Positions 12,701-32,800 of a stretch of 64,000 bases of DNA are shown here, piece after piece. The translations under genes and the position numbers were made by a program. The stretch's first letter is position 1, and each line of letters starts with the position of its first letter. This DNA comes from Euglena gracilis (taxonomy: Eukaryota). The stretch is from positions 47,471,847 to 47,535,846 of the forward strand of contig CP154954.1 in the NCBI GenBank assembly GCA_039621445.1, written 5' to 3'. The notes under the pieces were generated by a model. The model did not search any database, was not told the origin of the DNA, and saw only the letters and a list, made by a program, of their open reading frames with translations.

Positions 12701-15700
12701 CACCTCGCGAGTGCGGACGCCGCGGCAGACCGCCCCCCAACGCCGGAGCCGGCCACCCCCGCCCCGGAGGTGGCGGAGCCCCGGGTGCGGGTCCCCTACG
12801 CGGAGGGGGAGCTGCACCTCACCCTGCCGATGTTCCGCCTCACGCACCTGCTGGAGCAGCCCGGGCACCCGGCGGCTGCTGTGGGGGGTGTCATCGTTTT
12901 TGGGAACTCCCGGGGTTGGGGGTCAGGTGGCACCGCTGTGTCCTGCGGAATGCACGTCCTGCCTTGGAGGACAGGTCGCAGGGTCACAGGGTGAGGTTGT
13001 GGGGTTACCATGCCTCTCTGTGGAGGCAGGGCCGCATGGACCAGCCGCACATGGCTGGAGGGCGGATGGCGGGTGGTGCCACCACGCGGTACCACTGCTT
13101 TAGGCTGCTGCAGGGCCTCGACCTCGCCGGCGTCTTCGTCCCCGCGCTAATGGACCCCACCAAGGTGCATATCTATTTGCCTCGGCTGTGGAGCCGCCGA
13201 GCCAAGGTAGCACCTTTGCCCCACATTGAAGGAATGTTATGCATCGGTCCCAGCTTGCCCCAGCTTGGCAACCAGTTCTAAAACAAGACCAGGCAATTTT
13301 CTAATTTTTTATTCAATTTCAAAAATATACTGGAAATATAAAATATAAATATTTATTTTCTACTACTGATTTCTACTATGTAGTAGAAAATTTATGAATA
13401 TAGTAACCCCCCTAATAGAAGCACGGGGCCGCTACAAGCGCAGGGTCCAAATAAAAGCACACCCCCCGCCGCCGAAGGCGGCGGTCCGCTACAAGCGCAC
13501 CCCCATTTTGATGGGATTTCTAAAGGAAATCAACGAAAACCGCGCAGGTAGGGTCCAAATAGAAGCGCACCCCCCGCCGCCGGAGGCGGCGGTCCCCTAT
13601 AAGCGCACCTGTGCTTCTATTAGGGGGGGGGTTAGAGGGTTTAAAAGCGCCAAATCAGAAATTGTGTGTGATGTAATTTTCCGTTTAGAGAATTGTTGAA
13701 TGCTGGGGACAGGCTGTTTTTTAAGGTGGTGCCGACCCACCCTGGGGCGGGGGGGGGGGGGCTGCCTGGGCAGGCACTCCAAGACACTCCCGATCCGACC
13801 CCCCTCTGGGGGGGGGGAAGAGGGCACACGGCCAAAAGTGCCCTAGCACAGACCCCAATGGCGCCGGGGAGCCAAAAAAATGGCTTATTTTCAAAGGAAT
13901 GTGCCTGGGCGCAGGCCGAAATCCGACGGGGGGTAGTGCCTGCCTGGGCAGGCACCCCAAGGCACTCAGGACCCCCCCTCCCCCCCGGGGTTGGTAAAAA
14001 AAACTGCCTGGCCAGAGAAAGGTTGCAGCAGCAGCTCGTCATCGTCATTGGAGTCGCCCGCCATCGCCAACAGTCTTGCCATCCCTTGCCCCACCAGGTG
14101 TTCCGGGACTTCATCACATGTCCGCGGCGGCACCGACAGCCCAAGCCGTCCGCCGACCCCGTTGCCCACATCCACATCAAGACGAACGTCCCCGCCGTGA
14201 GCAAAGTGATGTACCGCTTCCTGGTGGAGGGCTACGCCTGGGGCCGGCTGCGCCTCCGGTGAGCCATGGCCGGCATGCCGGCACACCGGCACGCTGGCAC
14301 ACCGGCACACCGGCACGCCGGCACCCTGACTGCCACCCTATGGGTCCGCACGTTTCAGCGACCACTTGAACGATGTGTGCCTGCAGAAGCCGTTGAGCGG
14401 CTCGTCTGCTTGGGTCAGCAGACAGCCCCGCAGCCAACTATGGGTACAACGCCCCCATCAACTCGGAGATTGTGGGCAGGCGTCTCTTCTTTGAGGCCGG
14501 GATGGTTGAGCACCAGATGTCATGCACGAGGCTTTTTCTGGCGAAAAAAAAAATGAATGAAATGAAGCCTGATCGCAGGCTGCACGAAGTGGAAACCAGG
14601 GCCGTCTCCACCGCTGGAACCTGGTGTGTGGTGGATCATGTATTGCATAATATGAGCTAATTGCCTGGTGTTTTTTCTCTCCAGAATGAGTGAATCAGCA
14701 GTCCCACAATTTGGTAACCCCCCCGAATGACACCCCCTGGGTTATTTTTTTTTTCGCCCGAAGTCCCCGTTTATTTGGGGGGGGGTGTTATTCAGGGGGG
14801 GGGGGAATGCAACTTGCATAATTTGCATTTTTTTGCATAACCGGCTTTTCCCGAAATTTGCATTTTTTTGCATTTTTTTGCATTTTTTTGCATAAAATAT
14901 TTTCCCCGGAAAAAATTTTTGTAGTTGGTTGCCATATGTTTGAAATTTTTTGCATATTTTTGCATTTTCCACATAAAATATTTTGCCCTGGAAAAAAATT
15001 TTGTTGTTGGTTGCCATATTTATGGATTTTTTTGCATTTTTTTTGCATTTTTTTGCATAAAATATTTTGCCCTGGAAATTTTTTTTGATCTTAGGCAGCA
15101 AAGTTCTGTTATATTCCAGCTTTTTCTCAGGTTTTTCATGCAAGTTGCATTTTTTTGCATTTTTTGCATTTTTTTTGCATTTTTTTGCATTTTTTTGACT
15201 TGCATAATTTGAAGGGCCCAGTTGCATTTTTTCCCCCCCCCCTGGTGTTATTGTAAAATCCTGAGACGCAAGATATCACCCAAAACCACCCTTTTTAGTT
15301 ATTTTTTGAGTATTTTTTTCCCCGCAAAAATTGGGTTTTTTGTAGGCCAGACGATCCACAAAACCCATTTTTTTTGTCATTTTTTGCTGTGAATTCCTAT
15401 TTTCAACCACATTCTTTCAGGCGAAAATCGATTTCGGCGGCCCAAAGTTATGGGAGTTATTATTTTTTGGTCAGACCCCAAGGGGGGGGGTATTATTTGG
15501 AGGAGGGTTTGTGCAGTCCAGATGTTTTCCACCGTGAGGCACAAGACACCCCAATCAGAGGAGAGAGGGCAAGGCCCAAATATTTTCCACGGCCGATGTA
15601 ATGCCAATGATTTTTTCTCATGTGTCACAGTGGCGGCCAAAAAATAAATCTTTCCACACGCTTGCTGTGATCCATACAAGACCACATTCTTACTTGAAAT

Positions 15701-16884
15701 TTGCATGGGTTCATTTTTAACCCCATCCCCCCAACCACTGTGCCCACTTCCCAACCTGTGACGCTGGTAATCTCCACTCAGGCCCAGAGGGGTATCCACC
15801 CGGCTGGAACGGATTCAACGCGATGGACCACGCCCCCGGAGCCCACATCTCTCAGCCAGGCCTGGCCATCAGGGAATTTCTTAAGCCGGAGGGTACCCTA
15901 CCCCCCGGGGGGGGGGGGGTCCAGCCAGCCAGCAGCTCAAATCCAGCCAGCAGCCCAAATTCGGGCTGGGAGCCCCCCCCCCCCCGGGGTCGAGTGAAAT
16001 AAAGTCGGGTCCAGCCCGGCCGGAGGCCGGGCCAGCCGGCCGAAGGCCGGCCCAGCCGGCCACAGGCCGGCCAGCCAACTGGGCTGTCCAGCTCACTTAT
16101 CCCTGCATTTTCCCCCCTCATCACAGCCCCTCCATTACAGCCCCCCAGCCTTGACCTAGCTCCACCCATCAAAATGTCGAAAATGGCCAAAATGTGTTAG
16201 AAAATTTTGTTTTTCCTCAACCCAGCCCAGCCCAGCCCGCTCCAGCCCCGGACCCCCCCCCCCCCCCCCCAACCCCCCCCGGCGGGGGGCCCAGCCAGCA
16301 GCTCAAACCCACCCAGCAGCCTTTTTGCCAGCCGGAGGCTGGACCCCCCCCCCCCGGGGGGTCCTTAAGAAATTCCCTGCTGGCCATCGGCAAACATAAG
16401 ACATAAAAACAGCCAACGCAAAAACACAAAGGTGGTGGGGGAATCAGATCGCTTTTCGACCCCCTCCCCTCAAAACTGGCAAGACTCATTTTCTTTATTT
16501 GGTTCAAGAGCCAGCCGAAATTGAAAATACATGTGAAATATGTTGGAAGAACCCTGATTTTCTCAAGAAAATCAGGGTTCTTCCAACATATTTCACATGT
16601 ATTTTCAAATTCACGAAAACTGCTGTATCATGCCCTGCCTTTGGATGCGGGAAAGGGGCATACGAACGCGACAGGAACCCGCCGGCCATGTGCACGCGGC
16701 ACGTTACGGCCAGGCCTGCCGGCAATACTACAGCAGTGATGGCTACCTCGTTCTTCTGCTGGCGGCCGCCCAGTGCACCCCAGGGAAGGGGAACGTTGCC
16801 AAACCCCACCCACCACCACCAACGGGTATACCAGTCCTCAAAAATAAAATAAAAATAAAAAAAAATAAAAAAAAAAAAAAAAAG

Positions 16885-16919
<35 letters not shown>

Positions 16920-17249
16920 TTAAAACCAACCCCCACCTGAATGTTTTTTTCTTTCCTGCGGACCATGCAGCCTCAAATACACGTTCACAATGCAGCCTCA
17001 AATACACGTTCACAATACACATAGAAACTCATGTGCACAGATGCACACACGACACACACCATGGACAAGCAGATGTCCCACACATGGCCTAACTTCCTCC
17101 CTAACTTCCTCCCCAAGCCTCTTGGTGCACTGCATGCTGAGAGTTTCTTCAGCGCGGGCTTCGGCGTGTCGGCCTGGCTGGTGACCCACGGCTTTGGGGC
17201 GGACTGGCACATCCAGGCAACGATTCACCACCAAAAGGCCGCTTTGTGA
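3670..17249 (+). CDS. Multi-exon EF-hand-containing protein with unidentified C-terminal domain (5' end and some middle exons unresolved)
   Basis: Phase-compatible exons: 3670-3784, 7450-7517, 8930-9115, 9475-9570, ~12272-12410, 12689-~12853, ~13114-13164, 14098-~14258, possibly 14578-14623, 15782-15853, 16724-16767, 17139-17249 (TGA). Joining the first two exons gives EDDFLDLQQGFCELDVRNCGRISVDELAAAG, a helix-loop-helix EF-hand. Confidence 0.75.
4767..5064. mobile_element. CAGGCTG-family MITE with 8-bp TSD (hAT-like)
   Basis: caggttgtattt...aaataacagcctg, flanked by ataccatt/atcccatt. Related copies at 13710-14010, 25844-26104 and 46964-47653. Confidence 0.8.
5114..6021. mobile_element. Non-autonomous TIR element (cttaggcggcc...ggccgcctaag)
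   Basis: About 20-bp TIRs. The left ~400 nt recur at ~10174-10590. Confidence 0.65.
7450..7517 (+). CDS. Exon with EF-hand loop (GFCELDVRNCGRISVDELAAAGE)
   Basis: tttcag| acceptor and gag|gt donor; DxxxxGxIxxxE pattern. Confidence 0.8.
8930..9115 (+). CDS. Exon of EF-hand protein (EIAGRTFTVEMF...DSVSLAEVIAVLFP...PPPPQ)
   Basis: cgcag| and caa|gt boundaries, 186 nt, GC3-rich codons, degenerate second EF-hand. Confidence 0.8.
9475..9570 (+). CDS. Exon of EF-hand protein (EVAQPLEEFQINPAAIMLSREEFLALRMGYEK)
   Basis: acag| and aaa|gt boundaries, 96 nt, in frame. Confidence 0.75.
13401..13634. mobile_element. MITE with polyC/polyG TIRs (taaccccccctaatagaagcac...gtgcttctattagggggggggtta)
   Basis: Visible TIRs. 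A similar architecture occurs at ~60151-60568 and ~22749-23687. Confidence 0.7.
13710..14010. mobile_element. CAGGCTG-family MITE (older copy)
   Basis: Same internal sequence as 4767-5064; degenerate flanks gctgggga/gccagaga. Confidence 0.7.
14098..14258 (+). CDS. Exon starting the C-terminal domain (VFRDFITC...HIHIKTNVPAVSKVMYRFLVEGYAWG)
   Basis: accag| acceptor and strong coding bias; the 3' boundary is uncertain. Confidence 0.75.
14793..15244. mobile_element. MITE with internal (TTTTTTGCA)n repeats, CAG...CTG ends and 8-bp TSD
   Basis: cagggg...aatgcaact / agttgca...cccctg, flanked by gtgttatt on both sides. Related copies at 43268-43802 and 44280-44657. Confidence 0.85.
15854..16723 (+). 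other. Nonconventional (non GT-AG) euglenid intron
   Basis: Starts agcCAGgcctggcc and ends ggccaggcCTGccggc|a, an 11-bp perfect stem. Removal joins ...APGAHIS-Q-YYSSDGYLVL in frame. Confidence 0.85.
15870..16379. mobile_element. MITE (cagggaatttcttaag TIR) with perfect 8-bp TSD ctggccat
   Basis: 16-bp perfect TIRs; TSD at 15862-15869 and 16380-16387. Confidence 0.9.
16768..17138 (+). other. Nonconventional intron (CTG followed by 6 nt)
   Basis: gccCAGtgcacc pairs with ggtgcaCTGcatgct|g (9-bp stem). Removal gives LLAA-ESFFSAGFGVSAWLV in frame. Confidence 0.8.
17139..17249 (+). CDS. Terminal exon of EF-hand protein (ESFFSAGFGVSAWLVTHGFGADWHIQATIHHQKAAL*)
   Basis: In frame after the nonconventional intron; ends in TGA. 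Confidence 0.75.
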   Translation, partial: ESFFSAGFGVSAWLVTHGFGADWHIQATIHHQKAAL

Positions 17250-18801
17250 CCGACCGACAACGGCAGAGATTCTCTGATTTCTTTTCTCATCCATGTCTCC
17301 CCTTCCCCTTCCTCACCATGTCTGCGCTGTGTGTTTCAGTTTGATGTTCTCGTCTCCCGTTTCTCTTTGGGTTTGTGCCTGCTGGCGTCCTGAGGGAGAG
17401 GTTTGTTGGACGTTTTCTGTCCGATGATGTCGAAAGAGTGTTGGGGGTGTGGGTGGGCCCGTGTGGCGCTCCGGCGTCACCCGGCAGCCTCATCTGTCAC
17501 CTTCTCCCCGGACCTGGACGTCGCTTAAACCGAAGTGAACCCCATCCCCCCACAGGGGGAGGGGTCCAGCCAGCCAGGAGCTTTTATCCCAGCCTCGGAC
17601 CCTCCTCCCCCCATCGACAAGTTTTATTTCCAGCCGCCATTTGGGCAGCTGGACGGTGACGGATTTTTTTCCTTCGGATCTGCAAAAATGGGCAAAACAT
17701 GGCAAAAGGGAGCCAGATTTAGGCTGGCCAGGGCAAATTTTGAGTCGAAAATGATTTTTTTTTACATAATTGGTGTTTTTTTTTGCAGTTTCGATTTTTT
17801 TTTCCAGCAAGTCAGCTTTGGAACCAGGCCAGCTTTGGAAGCCAGCAGCTTTTTTCCAGCCAGCACAATTTTTCCAGCCTCTGAGCAGTCTGGGAAGGGT
17901 GGTGGTTCAGGAATCCCGATCCTTGGAATGGACCGTCAGGGAGAACAACAAATATAATGACCGGTCGATTTTTATTTCGCTGTGGGGCAGTTTAACTCCC
18001 CAGCATGCTGAAAAGCACAGCAGCAGTCTTGTGCTTTCACCTTGTAGCCCAGGCGAAGTCGGCCGAAGTCGCCCAGGTGACCTAGAATATTTTGGCCTCT
18101 GGGACGAGCCTGGGGGCACAGTGTCAATTATCCTGCAATCAGGATTTGCCTCGCTGTGTTTGTTGGTTGTGTTTGCGCACCCATCCTCCAGGGAGGGGGG
18201 ATGGCACCCACCCATTTTCAGTTGACTTTCTGCCGAAAATGACTTTTAGGACTTTAGGAAAAATTTGCCCTGGTGCATGTGATTGAAATAAACTTTCACC
18301 AATTCCAGGCACACTGATGATAAATGAAGGAGGGGGGTGCACATAAATCAAACTGCTTGCTGATGCTTTGTAACGTGGTGGAACCTTACCCTTGTCTGTC
18401 CGCGCAATCTTTATCTCCCATTCTGCCAGAAAAAAAACAGCCCATCATAAGGCCCCCACCCCCAGCGGTTATTTTGGGATCTGATATGCATCGGCCCAAA
18501 CCCACACATAACCGAAGTGGCAGAATTTTTTTTGAAAAATAGAAAAATAATTCCATCCCTTTGCCTGACCGAAACCAACCGAGAGTATTGTGTGTGTACA
18601 GTGCTGACGGAGAAACCCCCAACCAGCAGCATAGGCTCAACTCAGTTCCATCGTCCTGGTCGTGCTTCCCCAGAATCACCACTATGGCATCGTTGCAACG
18701 CCACCGGGGTGTGTTCACTCATTTGTGTTTTTCACGCGGTACCCGCATCGTTCCCCCAGATTGCCCGCACCATGTAGCGGTCCAGTGATCCACAGGCGGT
18801 G

Positions 18802-26605
<7,804 letters not shown>

Positions 26606-28725
26606 TGCCGCGGCCCAAACCCCTCCCCTGTCCTGGCCCTGACGCTCTCCTGCAGCGCCCGAAGCACCCGCAGCCCAGGAAACATGGGGCAATTTACCTG
26701 CGGCTGATGGCACCCGACACACATTGATGAAGGCGGCAAGGGTACGTTGTGTTTTCTGCCTCTTGGAAAAATCAGGCACATTACCACATCATAATACAGT
26801 ATCAATCTACATTTATAATTAAATTTATTGCACATATTACACTCACACAACAGCCCCTCGAAGGAAAAATTGGATGCGAAAAATAAGCACCACCATTCCC
26901 TGTTGAGCACTGCAAGAGTGAAGCAAGGCTTCTGATGCATTCATTTTTTGGAAACAGGGGTGAGTTTCATTGGGTTCACACTGACAGAAACAATGGTTCC
27001 GAAGCAAAATAAATAATGCAAGCAGCGGCCCACTTATTCCACGCCCACTGTGAAGAAGGGGGAGGGGGAAAAGCGGATTGCAACAAACATTGCAGGTTCA
27101 GAACAGTCAGGTTGCCCTTCATCGTTCCAAAGAACAATGGTGAAGAGCATGACAGGGTTGAAATTCACCCGCCCCCTAAACATGCAAACTGCATTCTTAC
27201 AAATTCCATCCATTCACTCACTTGTGAACTCGTTCTGTACTATTAAATGATAATGTTCCCTTTGATCATTTATAACTATTTTGACCCTTGCCCTTTCAGG
27301 TGGAGTTCGCCAAGTGTGTATCATCAGTGTCATCCGGCGTGGCTCAGCATATTTTGCTCAGTATCTCGCTCTTTTTTTTGCCTCCCGTCCCTGAAAATTT
27401 CGCCCACCTTAAGTAATATGAATGTCCACCCAGTCCCAAAACATTCCTCCTCGGCATTTATTTTTCCCCACGAAATTTTGTTTGCCGATGTGTTTTCACT
27501 TTGTGAAATGTTCAAAGTTTTTTCGGGGTTGTGGCAGAAGGCGAAGGACTCAGCGACTAAACATTCTCTTCCAGCGTTGTTCTGTTCCAGTTTTTGGGGG
27601 GAAGGCTGGCAAAAAAATGGCATTATGACATTATGACATTACGACATTATGGAGGATCATTTTCTTGGGCAGCGTCAGAACATGGTGGTAGATACGTAAC
27701 AGGGTAGGAAACTACTAACCACAGTGGCTGCCGGGGGCATTTTGCTGTAACCCCCCCCCCTCAAAAGCCCCCCCCCCCAACATAAAGCCCCCCCCAGGGG
27801 ATTTGGTTTGCCGCCCAAATATGAAGCCCCCCCCCCCCCCGAGGTGGAGCCAGACGATGGCGCCATTCAGGAAAAAGTTGAAAATTTTTGGGTGATTCAA
27901 CATTTTTTTTTCACCAGATATGCACCATTTTGGATAATAATTGCACATTTTTGGAAAAATGGGAGGTGCACAATGAAAATTTGGCTAAAATTGGTATGAA
28001 GGTCACAGAGGCCATCAAAAAAAGTTTGATCCCCCCCAAATATAAAGCCCCTGAGGGCCTTGAATTCCCGTCCAAATGTAAAGCCAGGGGGGCACTTTAT
28101 ATTGGGGGGGTTAGGTTTTGGGGAAGGTTGCGGTAAAAAGCGACTGCTAGTTGCGTTATTCACACTGTTGACACCCAGACCCAGTTGTTGGGATATTTCT
28201 CAAGGAGGGAGTTGGTCACTGTTTGAGAGGAGAGTCGGTGTCAAAGTATTGCGGAAGGAGGGGTTTTAGGTATGGTTGGAAAGTGCTTTCGCAGGGCATT
28301 TGTGGCATACCGTCAGCACAGCTGGAGAAGAAAGATTGGTGAAACAAATGGAGCCATGGACATACAATCATTTTGACACTGGCCGACCCCCCCCCCCCGG
28401 GGGTGGGCTTTTAGAGTGACTGACTGGTTATTGACCCAGACCCCCTCCACTGCAGGGGGGGGGCAAAAAAACTTTAAAGTGACCTTGCACCTAAGGCGCT
28501 GGTAAAAAGTTTGATTTTTTCCTCATTTCTGGTCAAATATCTCTTGGATTCCAGAGTGGCCGACCCCCCCCCGGGGGGGTAGTGACTGACTGGTTTTCTG
28601 AAAACAGTTAGTGACTGGATTTTGGAGGGGTGGAAGTGACCCCCCTCCCCCCAGTGGGGTCAGTAAAAAATCATCTGGCCATCAATGTGTCAAAGGGAGA
28701 CCTACCAACCGTTGCCAAAACAGTG

Positions 28726-29717
28726 CAGGGTTTCCCACTGATTCGTACACGAATAAGTACGAATAAGTACGAATAAGTACGAATTGCCGAGATCTGCCAA
28801 AATACGAATAAGTACGAATAAGTACGAATAAGTACGAATGAAAAATTCCCCAGTTATGAATAAGTACGAATTGCCAATTAGAAAAAGGTGCAATTTTCCA
28901 CACCATTGCACTGAGTTGAAGGGCCCCTCACATTTCTCTGTATGTGATGCATATCTTACGCTGCAGGACGCCTCATGTCCTCTTTTCCCTCCGAAAATGA
29001 TTTTTAGGTTTGCCCATCAACAAGTTAGACCATCCATCCATCAGGGGACTCATCCGAAAGCACACATCTGTTCCTGGCAGTGTGAAAGAGGGGAGTAGTT
29101 TGCACCGGTCAGTGGACAGAGTGTATACCACACACATTGCGAGCATAAGGAAATCCTTGAGCGGGAAAAAAGTGTGGCTCACAAAATTGAGTTGCCCTGG
29201 TCTGAACGGTCTTTCAGATTGGCAGGAGTGATTGATGTCAAAAACCGCCAACGCATGTCATCTAACCTTCGGCAGCAGCCGTTGGCATGTTTTGCAATGG
29301 TGACTGCGAAGAACGCTTTGCACACCATTGAACAATCCGCTCGTTTCATCTTGAGTGTTTTTTTGTTTTTTTTGTTCGTGCATGGCATGCTGGACAACAT
29401 CAGTCGCAAAGAAGGAATTTTTTTTTCCTGTAATGTTTTGTATTTTTTTCTCATAACGATTCTTTTCCACAAATTTCGCCAGCATGAGTTCGTCGCTTAG
29501 ATAGTTTCTCAAGTGAATGACCTGTTTTCCTTGCTTTTCCCCGTTTCAGAACGTTGAAGATGTGCCCAAGGAAGCACACCAAATGGCCACCTATTTCTAT
29601 ACATGGCCCCTTTTTGAAGTATGAATAAGTACGAATAAGTACGAATAAATACGAATAAGTACGAATAAGTACGAATGGGCTCGGGAGTCCCCAAGTACGA
29701 ATCAGTGGGAAACCCTG
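28726..29717. mobile_element. About 1-kb TIR element with (GAATAAGTAC)n subterminal repeats and 7-bp TSD
   Basis: cagggtttcccactgattcgtac...gtacgaatcagtgggaaaccctg, flanked by aacagtg on both sides. A second copy lies at 50836-51861. Confidence 0.85.
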
Positions 29718-29894
29718 AACAGTGTTGCTTGTCCATCATCAGCGCACTCCACTCCCTGCACGTCCGTTGTGCGGTGGCGTGAGCGGGCGGTTGCCACTGG
29801 GGGAGCACATCCATGCCCCACACTCCCCACCTCAGACCCCATGTGGGCCCGGCCCAGAGCCCCGCCTCCCTCGTGCCTGCCCTGACCCCGGCGG

Positions 29895-32800
29895 ATGGCC
29901 TACCCCCCGGCTGGCCGGCTGAACGGGCCGCTGTTCAGTGACGGCCAGCCCTTGCCCTGGCGAGCCTCGGCACTGAGGTAAAGAATTTCATGGTTGGCCA
30001 ATTTTGCTTCAGTGCTTCAGGCAACCGCACAACCACAGGATTCCATTCTGTTAGCCACCTTTTGCAGGGGGGGGGGGAAATTGATATCCGCAATTTTTCC
30101 GCAATTTCCGCAATTTTCCGCAATTTCCGCAATTTTCCGCAATTTTCCGCAATTTTTCCGCAATTTCCGCAATTTTTCCGCAATTTTTTTCCCATTTTTT
30201 TTCCGCAGAATTTTTTTCCCACCACCGAAGATGGAAGATGCAATGAGTTCAAGCCATTCTTCAAATGGATCAACAGGTGTGCTATTGTGTTTTGTTGTTT
30301 TTTTCCCCCCCAGTTTACCAATTTTTCTCACAGGTGCACCACTGGTTACAGAATTGGGTGCGTCCCACCTGTGCAAAGAACATCAAGCGTGTTGATTTGT
30401 GCTCGCCTGCATCGACGTGGGTGTTGCGGTGTTCTGAACCTCACAATTGAAAATTTTCTAAGTCCCCTCAGACAGAAATGTGTATACCCGATATCAATTT
30501 TTCCGCAATTTTTCCGCAATTTCCGCAATTTTTCCGCAATTTTTCTGCAATTTTTCCGAAGGCCTCCGATATCAATTTCCCCCCCCCCTGCCTTTTGAGT
30601 GCAAACATTGAATCTTGACTTCCTTTCCAGTGAGACAAAAATGTACAAACATCTGACCACGCTGCCACAAAACAACTCTTTCCCGAGGACCCGAAGGAGA
30701 TTGGGCTCCGTCCCCACCCACCGGCCGGTGGATGGGGGGTCACCGAACTTCGCCAAATATACCTGTTAAGGAAATATAATAATAATAATAATAATAATAC
30801 ACCATGTTAAGGAAATTGCCAAAATTTTCTGGACGGTAAAATGAAATGGCATTATTCATGAGGTGAAACGTTACTTTTGCGTTTTGTGGAGGTGCCCGAG
30901 CTTTTTCAACTGCAACAAAAATTTTAGCCATTTCTTTGCTGTTAGTCATTTTTCTTTGGCGGCCAATCTCGCACGTCAGCTTTTTTGTGTCCTTTTGCAC
31001 AATTGTTCAAGGAACAAGCCAACTATGTGTTAAGTGCAAGCGGCCACCTAAGATTTTGTCTCTGCCCACTCCCCCCCCCCCCCAGCGGCATTTTTCCAGC
31101 TTTGTTCGTCCATGTGAAGTTGGCTCAGGGAGCAGGGCGGGCCAGGTGTCCACCGTCCGCAAGGAGGCCCCGGCCGTCCACCGGGGATGGGCCCCGGGGG
31201 CCAGTGGACTGCTGGCCGAGGGCTGCGGCGGACCAGGACACCTCCCATCGCCGGCCCTCCAGCGCAGACTCCGTCGGTCTGTCCCCGGCCTGAGTGGCGG
31301 CAGCGGCAGACCCAGCTGGACTGCCGAACCATTTAGACTATTTGGAGACTGGATCGACGCCCCAATCAACTAATTTCATTCTTGTCCGATGCTGCAGTCA
31401 AGCCATGCCAACTTTGTGCAATCATGTCTGTGTCTCTTGTCTGACGACGAAAGGGACCATATGTAGCCAGGAAGTTACACAGGATGGTGGCCCTTGCGAA
31501 CAGGATGGGCTCGTGAGCCCGTTTCTGCTGACACGGGTGGTTTTCAGGTGTGCCAGCGACACCTTTAAGCAGCGCCTGTCCCACTGGTCCGGCCGGTTTG
31601 TTTCCACCCCCTTTCCTTCTGGCTTGCTGCCCGGAGGTCCTTCACCCCACCCCCCCCCCCCCCCCACCCCCCCCCCCCCGATTTCTGCGTGCGACCCTGA
31701 CAGCTCCCATCAAGCCGCCCTCCAGGCGCAGACTCCGTCGGTCTGCTCCCCGGCCTGAGTGCGGCAGCGGCTAACCCAGCTGGACTGCCGAACTCATTTA
31801 GACATTTGGAGATGATCGACCGGGATGCTGCCCTGACGTCCCTCAAGGCCGGCCGCGCCAGCCGGTCCTTCTTCCAGGGCGAGGAGGTGTGTGCCTGGCA
31901 GTGCCAGGCCAGGCCGGAGGGGTGTTGGGGGTGCCAGCGCACGGTGTTTGGCACATCATCGTCATTGTACAGAGTGTGCGTCTTTTATTGCCTGAATACC
32001 TTCAGAAAATTCTTTTTTTTCCAGCCCAAGGCTTCCAAACCAGGCATTTTTTAAGGCAAAACATTTTAAAGCATTTTATGGCGCTTTTTTTTCAAGGCTT
32101 TTTAAGGCATTTTTAGAGCTTTTTAAGGTGCCGTGGTCCAAGGGCTGTCCAGGCATAGAACCGATGTTTTTGATTTTGCACACGGTCCAAAATCAAAAAG
32201 TCAACAATAAACCTTCTTTTGTTTTGGATGGATAGACAATGTTCCAGCGATGACAAAAATATTTTTTACCCCCGGAGTTGGCCTGATTTTGCCGAGATTT
32301 TGTGGTTTCACTTTTGTTCAAAGAGAGAAAATTTTGCTGGTCCATTTTTTTTTTGTTTTTTTTTTGCATTTTCAGGAGTTCAGGTCAGAGCAGGCCTTTT
32401 AAGTGCATTTTTGCCCAACATTTTGAGCATTTTAAGTTTTAAAAAATATTTTTTTTAGGACAGGCGCCATAAAAATTCTATTGCCTGTTCCAAACCTGTC
32501 TAGATGGCCCGCAAATGTTCATCCCATTGAAGTTGCGGGAGATGAGAAAACCAAGGTTGTCAACGGAGGGGATGCAATTTGCATAATTGATATTTTGTTC
32601 GGTATCCAGAATCTTCAAAGGTCGCGTTTTTTTTGCGTAATTTTGAAAGAATATGAGAAATTATTGTTTTGTGTTTGACCAGAATACCCAGACAGCCTGA
32701 AGCTGCACATTCCACTGTTCGCACCTTCGTTTGTTGCATTTTTGCATCGCATTTTTTGAGCAGGGGATATGCGCATTTTTTTGCGTTTTTGCACATAAAT

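Noticed and set aside
12247-13281. 344-aa ORF as a single-exon gene
   Set aside because: It overlaps GC-rich exons that make better sense in other frames; only the segment near 13114-13164 appears to use this frame.
14742-15227. Lys/Cys-rich KKCKK ORFs (also 42954-43757 and 44259-44714)
   Set aside because: They are translations of the TTTTTTGCA repeats inside a multicopy MITE.
28745-28870. (GAATAAGTAC)n arrays as a possible CRISPR array or iterons
   Set aside because: These are 10-nt head-to-tail units without unique spacers, lying subterminally in a TIR element, with no cas genes and in a eukaryotic context.
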